This document shows positions 29,901 through 39,118 of a DNA stretch of 64,000 nt, piece after piece. The stretch is taken from the NCBI GenBank assembly GCA_009691445.1, contig SICL01000005.1, positions 2,446 through 66,445 on the forward strand. Reading direction: 5' to 3'. This DNA comes from Candidatus Taenariivivens baikalensis (GTDB lineage: Bacteria; Omnitrophota; Omnitrophia; Omnitrophales; Aquincolibacteriaceae). Within the stretch, counting starts at the first letter, position 1. Each line of letters starts with the position of its first letter. The notes under the pieces were generated by a model. It was not told the origin of the DNA, searched no databases, and saw only the letters and a list, made by a program, of their open reading frames with translations. A program made the translations under genes and the position numbers.

Positions 29901-32900
29901 GACGGAGAGGCCCTGCGCATTCATTTTGATTACGGCTATGACAAAACAGATTTCGAAATCTTTATGGAAGGGGCGGAGAATCAATCGCGTCATCAAAAAG
30001 GAATTCACGACGGACGTTTGGGAGACACCATTGAGTTTCGCCGTAAGCGATTAAGAAAAATCCTGAGTGAAGTTGCTCCTGACATTGAAGTGCCCGAGCG
30101 GCTTTTTGACAATTACTTCCGGATTGTGGACAAAGTTCGCGACCGGGGAGACCAGGCGAGCGGGGAAGTCTCCATGGTCACGGCCGGAGGAGGAAGGGTT
30201 ATTTTTGAAGTCACCGGACACGGACGCTTTTTAAGCGCGGGAACCATGAGTCAAGAAAACGCTCAGCTTCATCAATGGTCTCCCACTGAAGAAATTAATT
30301 ATGTGGGCGTGAACCAGGGCAAGTATGAAGTGCTAAGGCGCAACCGGGCCCTTTATGTTCCGCATAACGGCGACGGCAATGTGTTTAAGGTTTCGGGCCG
30401 GTGGCTGGGAACAGGGCTCGTAAGAACGCTTCTCTTTAATGTTTTTCATATGAAGCATCCCGCGAGCTCGGATACTCCGATAGTTGCGGGATTTATGGAA
30501 TATTTTTTGACCCAGGGGAGTCTGAAGTTTTCCGCGCGGTTTGCGTTTGCAGAAACCATGACAGAGCTGCCCGCGTCTTCCCCGGAATCAATTAAGGGAT
30601 GGTTCAAGGACAAATGGGCGAGATTTAAAGAGCGCCGGGGTTGGTACAATTTTAGCCGTTCGATTTATCCTTCTCCCGAACAGTTGAGCGTGTGGGAAAG
30701 AGAAGCGTTTTTGCCGGCTTTCCGGAGATTTGCCTCTTCCGGCGGACAAGCCCCTTCCGGTTTTTATCTGTCGTCCATGTCTCCCGCAGATCGTCGAACC
30801 TTAGCGGATTTATTTGAGCGTGAGATCCTGAAAAAAGCGGACTTGTTTGTTCAGCCGGTTTTTTTCGATCCAGCTAAGCGAAAGTTGTTTTTAGAAACCA
30901 TGGTCAATGCTTTTTGCGACCAGGATTTTGAGCAGGCAAGTTTGATGGCGAAAAAAAGAATGAAAGGGACTTTTGGGGTGCGGCCTGTTTATTCCCTTGA
31001 GCCGGGGACGATGATCGCGATTTCGGACAGCCAGGGAATGTTTTTTGGCATTAATCCGGGTGAGACCTCACAGCAGGGTCCTGAAGTTTACGCAGCTTCC
31101 GAACCAGCGGCGTTTAAGGAACGTTTCGAGGTCAACGGACGTTTGCAGCAGCTCCCTTACCGGATTGGCCTTAATTCGACACGAGGCGATGTGGTGATCA
31201 TGAAGTTTGAAAATAATCCTCTTCGCAAACCGACGGAACCTGCCCTGGGAGTTTATGGATACGCGACCAATGAAAAGAGTGACCAGCATCCCCTGGGCCG
31301 GCCCTTAACGGACCGGGAGCTTTATGAAATGACGGCTTTGATTCCCGGCAATCCGATGCTGAGTGTTCCGGAGCCCAAAAAAGACGGCAAGGCCACAGTC
31401 GCCCATGATCTTGAGAAAATTTCGGGGGTTGTGGCCAGGATTGACGCGGATTGGCAGCAAAACGATGCGCTACCGGTTTTGGAGCAGAGTTTCAACCGTC
31501 AAAGCGGTTTTGAGTTTCTGCGTCTGCTCATGGTGCTTGAAGCGTTTAAAAGGCTCCAGGCAGCAACGGGACGTCTGCTTTCCGATCCTAAAGACCGCGC
31601 TCGGATTCAGAAAAAGTTTTTCGCCTTGATCACTCTTTTTTATTTTGGCAATACTTCGGGGCAGAGGATCACTCAGAGTGCATTTCAAACCCGGTATCTT
31701 AAAATTTTCAATTTTGAGCTTCAACAGATTTTGGGACCTTCCGCCGCACCCGCGTACAACCGGTTCGAGGATTTAAAAGGCCTGGATGATCTACTCCCAG
31801 GCACTAAAGAAGTGGACATCTTGATTCCGGCCGTCCATATCAGTCTTGTAAGCGCCGTTAAAATCAAGGCGCGTCTTGAAAAGTGTTTTCCGATTCTCAA
31901 TATCCAGCTTCCGGATGCTAATCATCTTTTGGAATCTTTGAAACAGAAAGTGATTTATCAAGGCGACCGGAAGGTCGTGGTGAAAGACAAGAATGAAGTG
32001 GAGTACATCATTACCGCGGATACGATCAGCATTCACGATTCCATTTCCGGAATGACCTTTCCAACTTATAAAACTTCAGAACCAATGGAAGTCCTTTTGA
32101 ATGCGTTAAATCAGAATCAGGGGACACCCTTTTTGGGCCAGAGAGTTTGGGGATTCGCCGGAGAGCATGACACCTTGATGGCGGAAAGTGCCTTAGGGCA
32201 GGGTTTTTATAAAAACGCTCCGTTTAAACGTCATACCTTCAGCACGTTGAGCGGACCGGGAGAAGCGGAACCTGCGACCGTGACTTCCATCTCTCAGGAT
32301 CATACGCTGACCCGCCTCAGCGAATTTTTGGTCACTCAAATGCAGCGGGCTTACGGCACGGAGGTCCGGCCTTTTGGGACGCTGGTGGATCAAGATATTT
32401 TACAAACAACCAATGAATTTATCCGTGAATCTCAGGAAAAGCATCTTCCGGAAATAACAAATAAAAACGGGTCGGTGGCCCGGCAGTTTTATCAAGTCGG
32501 AAAAGGACTGCTCTGGTATCTGCTGGAAAATCCGATCGGGACGCTTGCGGCTATTTTAATTTTTGCTGTGGCGATGAGCTTTGGAATCTCCATTGCGCCC
32601 TCGGCCACCATCATTGATCCGCTGATGCAGGTTTTTCCAGCATTGCGGGAAATCTCGTGGGTGATGAAATTGATCGGCCTTTTCTTTAATGTCACCTTTG
32701 TGCCAGGCTTGGGATATGTGATCGGACGTGTGATTGGAAAAGCGATGGGGAGATATCCGACTTCTCTGCGTTTCGGAGGAACGAAAATTTTTATCGCTTC
32801 CGATTTTCATGAAAGCTCTTCATTTCGCATTGAGCAGTTTGTCATGAAGCTTTGGTCCAAGGCCTGGGGATTTATGGATGTTAATACCTTTTTTGGAGAT

Positions 32901-35021
32901 AACACGAGCAGTTCTGCGCATAATCATACGGCCCGTGGTCCGCATAAAAATGCCTTTATTTTGATGATGGGTCCTGAAAGCGGGCTTGTGACCTACGACG
33001 GCCACGACGGAGCAAAAAATATGTCGAAAGGCCAAGCGGGAGGGAATCAGAGCAAGTCGCGGGGAGTCGGCCCCGTCTTTTTGTGGGTGGCAAGGCAGAA
33101 TGCCGAAGGAAGTCTGACGCCCGGCCTTCAAGATCCATATGCCTCGACTTATTTGCGCAAAGGTCAAACTCGCCAGCCCAAAGCGGTTTATCAGCTCGTC
33201 CTGCCGGCGTTCAGCCGTCCTGTGAACCTGCCGGAAACGACGATTCAAAAATTTACTGCTCAAATCACGGAACGGCTCGGCCTTGACGCGCCGCGGCAGG
33301 CACTATTGACGCAAAGACTTCGTGACTGGAGGACGCTTTACTTGAGTCAATATCAATACAATGTGCCGCAGATGATTCTGGATATCGCCACTGAACTTAA
33401 AATTACGCATGAAACTAAGCTTGTTTTTTTTCAGAAAACCCTGCGGACTTTTCACGGGAAGATAGAAATCCTGGAAGAGTTTTTTGAAAATAGCGTGAGC
33501 GCGATTGAGCGGGAAGTGGCGGCTTATGCGTTGATGCATCAAATAACCGAATGGGCAAGCTTGGGCGGACGACTTTGGAATTTCAATGAAACCCATTCTC
33601 GCCTCAAACGGGCCTCCACGGCCGGTCCAGTGGACGGAGAAGCGGTCACTCAGTTGATTGCCAATATCCGACGAGAATTTGAAATTTTAACGGATAATGC
33701 CCACCTTCATGTTCCGCTTACGCAAGTGGAAAAGGCGGAACTACCCTTTCATATTATTGATCCGGTTCGATTAAAAGCTCCGGTTCCGGAAGAAGTCAGT
33801 TCGATGGTCACCGTGCAAAATTCGAGAAAAAAAGCTAATCAATTACTTAGACAGCTCCATGATCAAGTCCCAACTCGTTATGACGTTTTGGTCAGCGCCG
33901 TCAAAAAATTCATTTTAACGGAAGAGGGGAACATTGAGAGAGTATTTAACCGGCTGGGAGATTCTCTGATCAATGGGGATACGATGGTGGTTGATTCACG
34001 CCTAAAAAATGATATCGCCCGTTTTCAGACAATGACTCGATTATCCAGTTATTCCCAAAACAAGCTTGTTCAAGAGTTGATGGCGGTAGTCCCGGGATAT
34101 CTCGATGCACTTTTCGTTCATTTTTCAACGCATCACCATGATGCGTTGCGTGTCTCTTTCGATCTGAAACCAGTTTTAAATCGTCCGGCTCCGGCTGATT
34201 CCGGAGAGCAACCTGCCCAAAGTTATATGGCACCGCCACCCAAAAAAATCCGCAAGACTCCCTCCTCGGGAGCTCGCCGGAAAAAGGCGGAAAGGGTTTC
34301 TGGGACAGCGAAATCCCGAACAATTCTAAAACCAGTGATTGCGGGCGGGAAAACTCACACGGAAGTAGCGAAGGGGAACGCGGATAGCCGCTCTGAACTT
34401 CGTCTGACAAGCGAGTTATCTCAAGCGGTTGACGTTCGATCGCAAATAGAGTTTGAAACCGCTCCGGTTATCCGTGAGATGCGCCTGCGCGCAAGCAAGA
34501 TCGAGCGGATGCTTCAGACCTGGGGACAAAATCCAAAAGTACTGGCGAAGCTTGGAATTTCGCGGACGGTGCCTGGCGTTGGGTATTACTTCCTGGACTT
34601 CAGCCAGCAATCAGGAATCGGGACGATTGAGAACTTGCTTCGTTTCCGCAATCCGGAAGTCAAAGCCGTGGTTTTTGCCGGTGCTGCCGAACGTTCTGAA
34701 TTAAGAAAAACATTTTCTCGTCAAGTTCAGGCCGAAGCGCTTCTTCTTCCGGAAGCCAGTATCGAAACATTTCTCGGAGAAAAAATGTCCGAGCTAGGAT
34801 TCGGCTCGGATCAAGTGATCCAGGTTCAGGGACTGCACGCGGACCGTCTTGATGAAGAGCAGATCAGGGCCTTGCGTGGAAGTCTTACGCTTGCGCTGGG
34901 GCGGATTGTGATTGACTCTGAACGTTCCGTCCACGGTGCGGGAAGAGAAGTTTCCTTCAAGAATATTCTGGATGCCGTGAATCAGGCGGCTTATCAGGCG
35001 GTCGTTCGTCAATCCGCGTAA
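26982..35021 (+). CDS. Giant 2,679-aa polytopic membrane protein of unknown function (TraB/GumN-like motif pair, HExxH-containing TM cluster, G/R-rich low-complexity segment).
   Basis: An uninterrupted 8,040-nt ORF in a roughly 50% GC background cannot arise by chance. It has an N-terminal hydrophobic segment (LKFLSFVLLLTFSIQAFGWA), a 5-helix TM cluster around 29320-29830 containing FAHEWVHAFFARVFG, and a second TM cluster around 32500-32740. No Walker, kinase or other canonical motif was found. Confidence 0.6.
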   Translation: MRNRRVELLTHFGSIGSSLKQGAFSCPDNKRIKKEFKTSTRLSFPKFSLHRLTYDISKPRPSLKFLSFVLLLTFSIQAFGWAETGQVFPGSIRMHPVENIFPEVTQAPSSFFIPPSFGEIKKSFTGSREEKIILIQDAHVHEEAQRNIAQMLNFLSREKRLHQIYVEGAEGVIDMTPYSFFPDLKIRQETADYFLTKGRLTGAEYAAIVTTPVLSLYGIENRQVYENHRKVYLEGIEIQKKNQAILEPLGKALKEMARFAMSPEVMEFYRKTGFLEPQEKDWNLYFDELLRQAGFLGIAIDSDSQMKTMERLSALGKEIDLKNPDADLKKFPETEKTRQGRLQYQEYLRLSKKISGDFFTEAYGLEKKIKRMLLKTPEEKRLNDFLEVVEIYRKFFDFSLTTQEVEWFYSRRLKWDMKALRDFLTPLLKRYHFTYELPLSLESMDQDLLRIEKFYLLALDRDRILIQNAIGHMKTTGLKQSAVITGGFHTPGIEKFLREQGYSYVVVSPRMTSIPDVKKQEALYRQAVLGRPLLVEKILVSLDLSRQAPMKDLQYQMTPWLMTPNPKFSYPFIWLETVRGIFKSGNPDVLFHRLKIAADKLPPGSRKEADAVYHELEGGVLQSSESGMQYYWRKMSQGIFLRLTAGSNKKIPNRSRGGKSGKEIFPLIDFGHDWLEGDQVDSDLVSNEVVRILSSDLPSRIPLLMGRSSDSFQKRSEVRSPSVTSALKRGTRTTADLNLQLDDLWKPMDAELEKATGVSLDRRASGETLSGAAVGEDYLDKAYVVAFLWGLGWTTLSLFHIFPVTFISGVLFFWAFTLGNFLFKIFAHEWVHAFFARVFGAKEALTIKNLTGNLGWDFLGGMVLFPLLRYPRVNVPSIQGTLRETFALKVAFPVHLMAVAALYLHRGEVLDWLTPLVSGITSDPFLLSWLLFSFIGGGILSVAEGFYSDYLNKKRESGELACGVSSVITILRPDGEALRIHFDYGYDKTDFEIFMEGAENQSRHQKGIHDGRLGDTIEFRRKRLRKILSEVAPDIEVPERLFDNYFRIVDKVRDRGDQASGEVSMVTAGGGRVIFEVTGHGRFLSAGTMSQENAQLHQWSPTEEINYVGVNQGKYEVLRRNRALYVPHNGDGNVFKVSGRWLGTGLVRTLLFNVFHMKHPASSDTPIVAGFMEYFLTQGSLKFSARFAFAETMTELPASSPESIKGWFKDKWARFKERRGWYNFSRSIYPSPEQLSVWEREAFLPAFRRFASSGGQAPSGFYLSSMSPADRRTLADLFEREILKKADLFVQPVFFDPAKRKLFLETMVNAFCDQDFEQASLMAKKRMKGTFGVRPVYSLEPGTMIAISDSQGMFFGINPGETSQQGPEVYAASEPAAFKERFEVNGRLQQLPYRIGLNSTRGDVVIMKFENNPLRKPTEPALGVYGYATNEKSDQHPLGRPLTDRELYEMTALIPGNPMLSVPEPKKDGKATVAHDLEKISGVVARIDADWQQNDALPVLEQSFNRQSGFEFLRLLMVLEAFKRLQAATGRLLSDPKDRARIQKKFFALITLFYFGNTSGQRITQSAFQTRYLKIFNFELQQILGPSAAPAYNRFEDLKGLDDLLPGTKEVDILIPAVHISLVSAVKIKARLEKCFPILNIQLPDANHLLESLKQKVIYQGDRKVVVKDKNEVEYIITADTISIHDSISGMTFPTYKTSEPMEVLLNALNQNQGTPFLGQRVWGFAGEHDTLMAESALGQGFYKNAPFKRHTFSTLSGPGEAEPATVTSISQDHTLTRLSEFLVTQMQRAYGTEVRPFGTLVDQDILQTTNEFIRESQEKHLPEITNKNGSVARQFYQVGKGLLWYLLENPIGTLAAILIFAVAMSFGISIAPSATIIDPLMQVFPALREISWVMKLIGLFFNVTFVPGLGYVIGRVIGKAMGRYPTSLRFGGTKIFIASDFHESSSFRIEQFVMKLWSKAWGFMDVNTFFGDNTSSSAHNHTARGPHKNAFILMMGPESGLVTYDGHDGAKNMSKGQAGGNQSKSRGVGPVFLWVARQNAEGSLTPGLQDPYASTYLRKGQTRQPKAVYQLVLPAFSRPVNLPETTIQKFTAQITERLGLDAPRQALLTQRLRDWRTLYLSQYQYNVPQMILDIATELKITHETKLVFFQKTLRTFHGKIEILEEFFENSVSAIEREVAAYALMHQITEWASLGGRLWNFNETHSRLKRASTAGPVDGEAVTQLIANIRREFEILTDNAHLHVPLTQVEKAELPFHIIDPVRLKAPVPEEVSSMVTVQNSRKKANQLLRQLHDQVPTRYDVLVSAVKKFILTEEGNIERVFNRLGDSLINGDTMVVDSRLKNDIARFQTMTRLSSYSQNKLVQELMAVVPGYLDALFVHFSTHHHDALRVSFDLKPVLNRPAPADSGEQPAQSYMAPPPKKIRKTPSSGARRKKAERVSGTAKSRTILKPVIAGGKTHTEVAKGNADSRSELRLTSELSQAVDVRSQIEFETAPVIREMRLRASKIERMLQTWGQNPKVLAKLGISRTVPGVGYYFLDFSQQSGIGTIENLLRFRNPEVKAVVFAGAAERSELRKTFSRQVQAEALLLPEASIETFLGEKMSELGFGSDQVIQVQGLHADRLDEEQIRALRGSLTLALGRIVIDSERSVHGAGREVSFKNILDAVNQAAYQAVVRQSA

Positions 35022-35022
35022 A

Positions 35023-35119
35023 AGCGAGGGAAGAGAGAAGAGGGAAGAAGGAAGTAAAAATTCCCGTTTCTATTTTTTTTCTCTTCCCTCTTCTCTCTTC
35101 TCTCTTCCTTCTTCCCTCT
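35023..35119 (+). repeat. Polypurine/polypyrimidine mirror repeat ((GA)-rich 35026-35054, T8, (CT)-rich 35081-35119). Candidate long hairpin terminator or H-DNA-forming tract.
   Basis: GAGGGAAGAGAGAAGAGGGAAGAAGGAAG ... TTTTTTTT CTCTTCCCTCTTCTCTCTTCTCTCTTCCTTCTTCCCTCT. The arms are largely reverse-complementary. It sits immediately after the giant ORF stop. Confidence 0.5.
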
Positions 35120-35139
35120 GACTGTAATACACTACACCG

Positions 35140-36321
35140 ATGAAAAGCAAAAAACTCCCGCCCAATATTTTTATCTTTGGGCTTGTCAGTCTCCTGTCCG
35201 ATGTCTCAAGCGATATGATGTATCCGCTTCTTCCTCTTTTTCTTGTCCATTATCTCGGTGCGAAACAAGGTTTCCTTGGCTTTATTGAAGGATCGGCTGA
35301 TTCCGCCGCTGCGTTTTTAATGCTTTTCTCCGGCATGATGTCAGACCGGATGCGGGACCGCAGCCGCCTGGTGTTTGCAGGCTACAGCCTTTCGGGATTA
35401 TCCAAATGTTTTATGTCGACGGCGGTTTATCCCTGGACGGTTTTTTTTGTTCGAGCCTTCGACCGTTTGGGAAAGGGGATTCGCAGTTCACCGCGCGATG
35501 CCTTGATTGCGGATTCGGTGGACCCTTCGATGCGCGGGAAGGCTTACGGTCTGCAGCGCTCCATGGATCATATTGGTGCCGTGGTAGGGCCGCTTACGGC
35601 GACCTTGCTCTTGACCTTTTGGACCAAAGATTTGCGTACCATTTTTGCGATTGCAGCTTTCCCCGGGATTTTTGCAGTCCTGTTGATTATCTGGAAGGTC
35701 CGCGAAGTGATCCCTGACCGTGTTTTTTCCAAACGACCTCTAAAAATTCAGCTTCCTCACGGCAGATTACGGATTTATCTCGTGATCTTGTTTCTTTTCC
35801 TTTTAAGTTGCTCGACGGACGCGTTCTTACTCTTACGTGCCAGTCATGTTGGAATACCGAATTCCTTGCTTCCGATATTGTGGATGGTGCTTAACCTCGT
35901 GAAAGCGATCTCGACCATGCCGCTTGGAATGCTTTCCGATAGGTTGGGCCGGCGGCGCATGATTTTGACAGGTTGGATTATTTACACGCTTGTTTATCTG
36001 GGGTTTGGATTTGCAAATCAGCCTTGGCAGATTTGGGTGCTTTTTATGATCTATGGACTCTTCTTTGGATTTACCGAAGGGACCGAGCGGGCAATTCTTG
36101 TCGATTATGCTGGAGAAAATGAGCGCGGCCAGGCTTTTGGCTGGTATTATTTCGTGATGGGCATGGCAGCACTTCCCGCGAGTCTGATTTTTGGAGCCCT
36201 TTGGGAAATCTTCGGATCCGCGAATGCATTTTTTATCAGTTCAGGGATTTCTGCATCCGCCGCGGTCCTCCTTTATCTTTTCTTGAAATTCGTTCCGTCA
36301 ATTAAAAGAGCTGAAATCTAA
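35140..36321 (+). CDS. MFS transporter.
   Basis: 393 aa, 12 predicted TMs, with the MFS motif-A-like GKGIRSSPRDALIADSV between TM2 and TM3. Confidence 0.7.
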   Translation: MKSKKLPPNIFIFGLVSLLSDVSSDMMYPLLPLFLVHYLGAKQGFLGFIEGSADSAAAFLMLFSGMMSDRMRDRSRLVFAGYSLSGLSKCFMSTAVYPWTVFFVRAFDRLGKGIRSSPRDALIADSVDPSMRGKAYGLQRSMDHIGAVVGPLTATLLLTFWTKDLRTIFAIAAFPGIFAVLLIIWKVREVIPDRVFSKRPLKIQLPHGRLRIYLVILFLFLLSCSTDAFLLLRASHVGIPNSLLPILWMVLNLVKAISTMPLGMLSDRLGRRRMILTGWIIYTLVYLGFGFANQPWQIWVLFMIYGLFFGFTEGTERAILVDYAGENERGQAFGWYYFVMGMAALPASLIFGALWEIFGSANAFFISSGISASAAVLLYLFLKFVPSIKRAEI

Positions 36322-36351
36322 AATCGCAAATCTAAAATCGAAACATTTCCG

Positions 36352-36573
36352 ATGGCCGCACAAAAAATCGAAGGCCGGATCCGCGAGGCCCGTGGTGGCG
36401 AACTTAATCTATCCAACTTTGGAAAGCGCTTCCAGGGCGAAGGAACCTACTGGAACCAAATCCAGTCTACCTTCGGAGTGCACCTGAAAAAACTGGGTCT
36501 GAATGAAGATCTCCCCAAACTTTCCCGCCCTCCCTTTAAACGCCCCACCGCCCAAATGGAACTCGCGCTCTGA
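36352..36573 (+). CDS. Hypothetical small protein.
   Basis: 73-aa ORF with no motif. A tandem 13-mer AAATCTAAAATCG occurs twice just upstream (36317-36345). Confidence 0.25.
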   Translation: MAAQKIEGRIREARGGELNLSNFGKRFQGEGTYWNQIQSTFGVHLKKLGLNEDLPKLSRPPFKRPTAQMELAL

Positions 36574-36659
36574 GGGTAAAGCCTATTTACTTCGTCCATT
36601 GACAGGCATGTCCAAAACGTATACACTTCTTTACAACTGTATACACTTTGGACATACCC

Positions 36660-37262
36660 ATGAAAACCAAGAAAGAAGAATTGATAGCGGAATTTAAGCG
36701 TCACAAGGGAATCCTGCGCTTCTCAGCCATGCTCAAGTCCGGATTCCACCGCCTTGAGATCAAATCGCTTATTGAGTCGGGAGAAGTCGAAAAAATTGGC
36801 CGGGGAATTTACCGCCTTAAAAACGGTCCAAGCCTTTCTAACCCTGACCTTGTTACCGTCGCACTCCAAGCCCCGAAAGGGGTGATATGCCTTATTTCCG
36901 CCCTCAGTTACCACCATGCCACGGATGAAGTGCCGCACAGCATTTATGTGGCGATACCGCGAGGAGTTCGCGCAACCAAGATTGATTACCCGCCAGTGCA
37001 ATACTTTCGCTATGACCCAACGGTTTGGAAGAATGGGATTGAAACGCATACCATAGACGGACATCCAGTTAAAATCTACAGCCTTGCAAAGACCGTTGCC
37101 GACTGTTTCAAATATCGCAACAAGATCGGCCTCGACGTGGCCCTCCAAGCCCTGAAACTTGCTGTAACCGAAAAGAAAACTAAACCAACCGAAATCATGC
37201 GCTTCGCCATAATATGCCGCGTGGATAAAGTCATCAGACCTTATGTGGAGTCTCTCCTTTGA
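36660..37262 (+). CDS. Type IV toxin-antitoxin AbiEi-family antitoxin / transcriptional regulator.
   Basis: N-terminal winged-helix GILRFSAMLKSG...IEKIGRGIYRL plus a C-terminal domain typical of AbiEi. ATG at 36660. The track start at 36648 is TTG. Direct repeat GTATACACT x2 at 36620-36649, immediately upstream. Confidence 0.7.
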   Translation: MKTKKEELIAEFKRHKGILRFSAMLKSGFHRLEIKSLIESGEVEKIGRGIYRLKNGPSLSNPDLVTVALQAPKGVICLISALSYHHATDEVPHSIYVAIPRGVRATKIDYPPVQYFRYDPTVWKNGIETHTIDGHPVKIYSLAKTVADCFKYRNKIGLDVALQALKLAVTEKKTKPTEIMRFAIICRVDKVIRPYVESLL

Positions 37263-38179
37263 AGCCCGACATTAAAAATATCGAAGCGTCCGTCAAGGGA
37301 CGCCTCCAGAACAAGGCTAAAGAAACAAACCGTCCTTACTCGGAAGTCCTCCAGTATTACGGAATGGAACGGTTTCTTTACCGTTTCTCGCAGTCCGATT
37401 ATGCCGGGCAATTCATTCTCAAAGGTGCGTTGATGTTCACCGTGTGGGACGTTCCCGCGCGAAGGACAACGGTGGATATTGATTTTCTAGGCCGTATTGA
37501 TAACAAAGTTGAAAGTATCGAAGGCGTCATTCGCGATGTCTGCAAGATAAAAGTACCGGCTGACGGACTTGTTTTTGACGCTAAGACTGTGAAGAGTAAA
37601 CGAATCAAGGAAGATGCTGATTATGAGGGCGTGCGCGTCAATTTTTTCGGCTTTCTCGAAAAATCAAAAATCCCAATCCAGATCGATGTCGGCTTCGGCG
37701 ATGTGATAACTCCCAAGGCTTCAACGATTGACTACCCAACGATTCTGAATTTTCCGGCACCGCGCCTTGAGGGTTACACTTTTGAAAGTGTTGTGGCCGA
37801 GAAATTTGAAGCCATGATCAAGTTGGGCCTCCTTAATAGCCGCATGAAAGACTTTTATGACATTTGGCTGATGACCCGGCAAATGAACTTTGAGGGAAAA
37901 AAGCTGGCCGCCGCAATCAAGGCAACCTTCAAGAATCGGGAAACACCGCTTCCTGCGAACGTTCCGCTTTTCGCCGAAGAAATTTACGACGAGAAATCAA
38001 ACAACGAAGCCATGTGGAAAGCCTTTCTGCGCAAGAAGCAAATCAAAACCGCACCCGATAGCCTTGCTGAGGTTGCCCGAGGCATCGAGGTTTTTCTTTC
38101 GGAACCCGTGAAGGCTATCACAACCGGCAAGGAATCATCAAAGACGTGGCACGCGCCGGGGCCGTGGGTTAGAACCTGA
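37259..38179 (+). CDS. AbiEii/AbiGii-family nucleotidyltransferase toxin (DUF1814).
   Basis: 306 aa. Overlaps the AbiEi stop by 4 nt. GFGD...IDVGFGDVITP NTase-like motifs and a DUF1814-type C-terminus. Confidence 0.75.
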   Translation: MKPDIKNIEASVKGRLQNKAKETNRPYSEVLQYYGMERFLYRFSQSDYAGQFILKGALMFTVWDVPARRTTVDIDFLGRIDNKVESIEGVIRDVCKIKVPADGLVFDAKTVKSKRIKEDADYEGVRVNFFGFLEKSKIPIQIDVGFGDVITPKASTIDYPTILNFPAPRLEGYTFESVVAEKFEAMIKLGLLNSRMKDFYDIWLMTRQMNFEGKKLAAAIKATFKNRETPLPANVPLFAEEIYDEKSNNEAMWKAFLRKKQIKTAPDSLAEVARGIEVFLSEPVKAITTGKESSKTWHAPGPWVRT

Positions 38180-38475
38180 TTTGGTAGACCAATTCAGTTC
38201 AACCGTTTTAGGAGACTCTTGATTCCAAGCTTTTTTGCTGATAAATGCTCCAAAAGGCTACCATGAAAATTGAAAGTTAAAGTTTCGATTTTTATCGTAT
38301 TTGGAATTGTTTGCTGAACGATTTAAAGATCGTTTTGAACAAATAAAAAAAGACTTCGGAATGTGAACGAATCACCGGACGCCGTCAGGGGAGGGTAGAA
38401 TCAGGCCCAAGGCATAAGCTCATTGAAAGCATTTCACCATTTTTTTAGATCTAATCCCGCAAAGGGAGAGCTACT

Positions 38476-38856
38476 ATGACGCTTACGAAAAATCCACCCG
38501 CACGCATAGGAACGGTACCGGCTGCAGCGAATGCGAGTTATCAAAGGCTTGTCAAAGAGATTGGCGGGCTTTATGAGAATGCGCGCAGGGCACTGGTTCA
38601 ATCTTACTGGCAAATCGAAAAACGGATTGTTGAGGTTGAGCAGGCGGGGGCGGTTAAAGCGGCTTACGGGTCCGGACTCCTCCCAAAACTTTCCCGGAAC
38701 CTTTCCCAACAATACGGTGCGGGATTTTCGATTGAGAATCTGTACAGAACCAAATGTCTTTATCGAACAAAAGGTACCAGGTCACATTATCTAATCTGGT
38801 ACCTTTTGCTTTTGGGGAAGGGTAAGACGAATGAACCTCTAATCTCTGATTCTTAA
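38476..38856 (+). pseudogene. N-terminal fragment of a DUF1016 (YhcG-like PDDEXK nuclease) gene.
   Basis: YENARRALVQSYWQIEKRIVEVEQAGAVKAAYGSGLLPKLSRNLSQQYGAGFSIENLYR matches the conserved DUF1016 N-terminal region. After about 95 aa it degenerates and stops at 126 aa. Full-length proteins are about 340 aa. Confidence 0.5.
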
Positions 38857-39002
38857 GTGGTGCACTTGACGTTTGAAGACGGGTTCCTTGTTGAACTCGG
38901 GCTTCCGAACCAACGATCTTTTTCTAGTATTAACTAGCATACTGGTTTTTTTCAAAAACTTATAGAAACCCAGGCTCATCTTTTCTATAATTTCTCCCCT
39001 AG

Positions 39003-39044
39003 ACGCGGCGGACGCGTAGTCATACGTTTCCGCCGCGTTTTTTT
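39003..39044 (+). terminator. Strong rho-independent terminator.
   Basis: Perfect 10-bp GC-rich stem ACGCGGCGGA / TCCGCCGCGT followed by TTTTTTT. A TATAAT box sits at 38986-38991 just upstream. Confidence 0.7.
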
Positions 39045-39118
39045 GTTTTAACACCCTGAAAGGATCATAGTTGAGTTTGACAATGTGTGATTTATAAACT
39101 ACACTTAGTGAGGCTGAA

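Noticed and set aside
26982-35021. Giant ORF as an RHS/YD-repeat toxin, NRPS/PKS or cadherin-type adhesin.
   Set aside because: No YD/RHS dipeptide periodicity, no condensation/adenylation/KS/AT core motifs (HHxxxDG, SGTTGxPKG, GHSxG), and no tandem Ig/cadherin periodicity. The sequence is non-repetitive with two membrane clusters.
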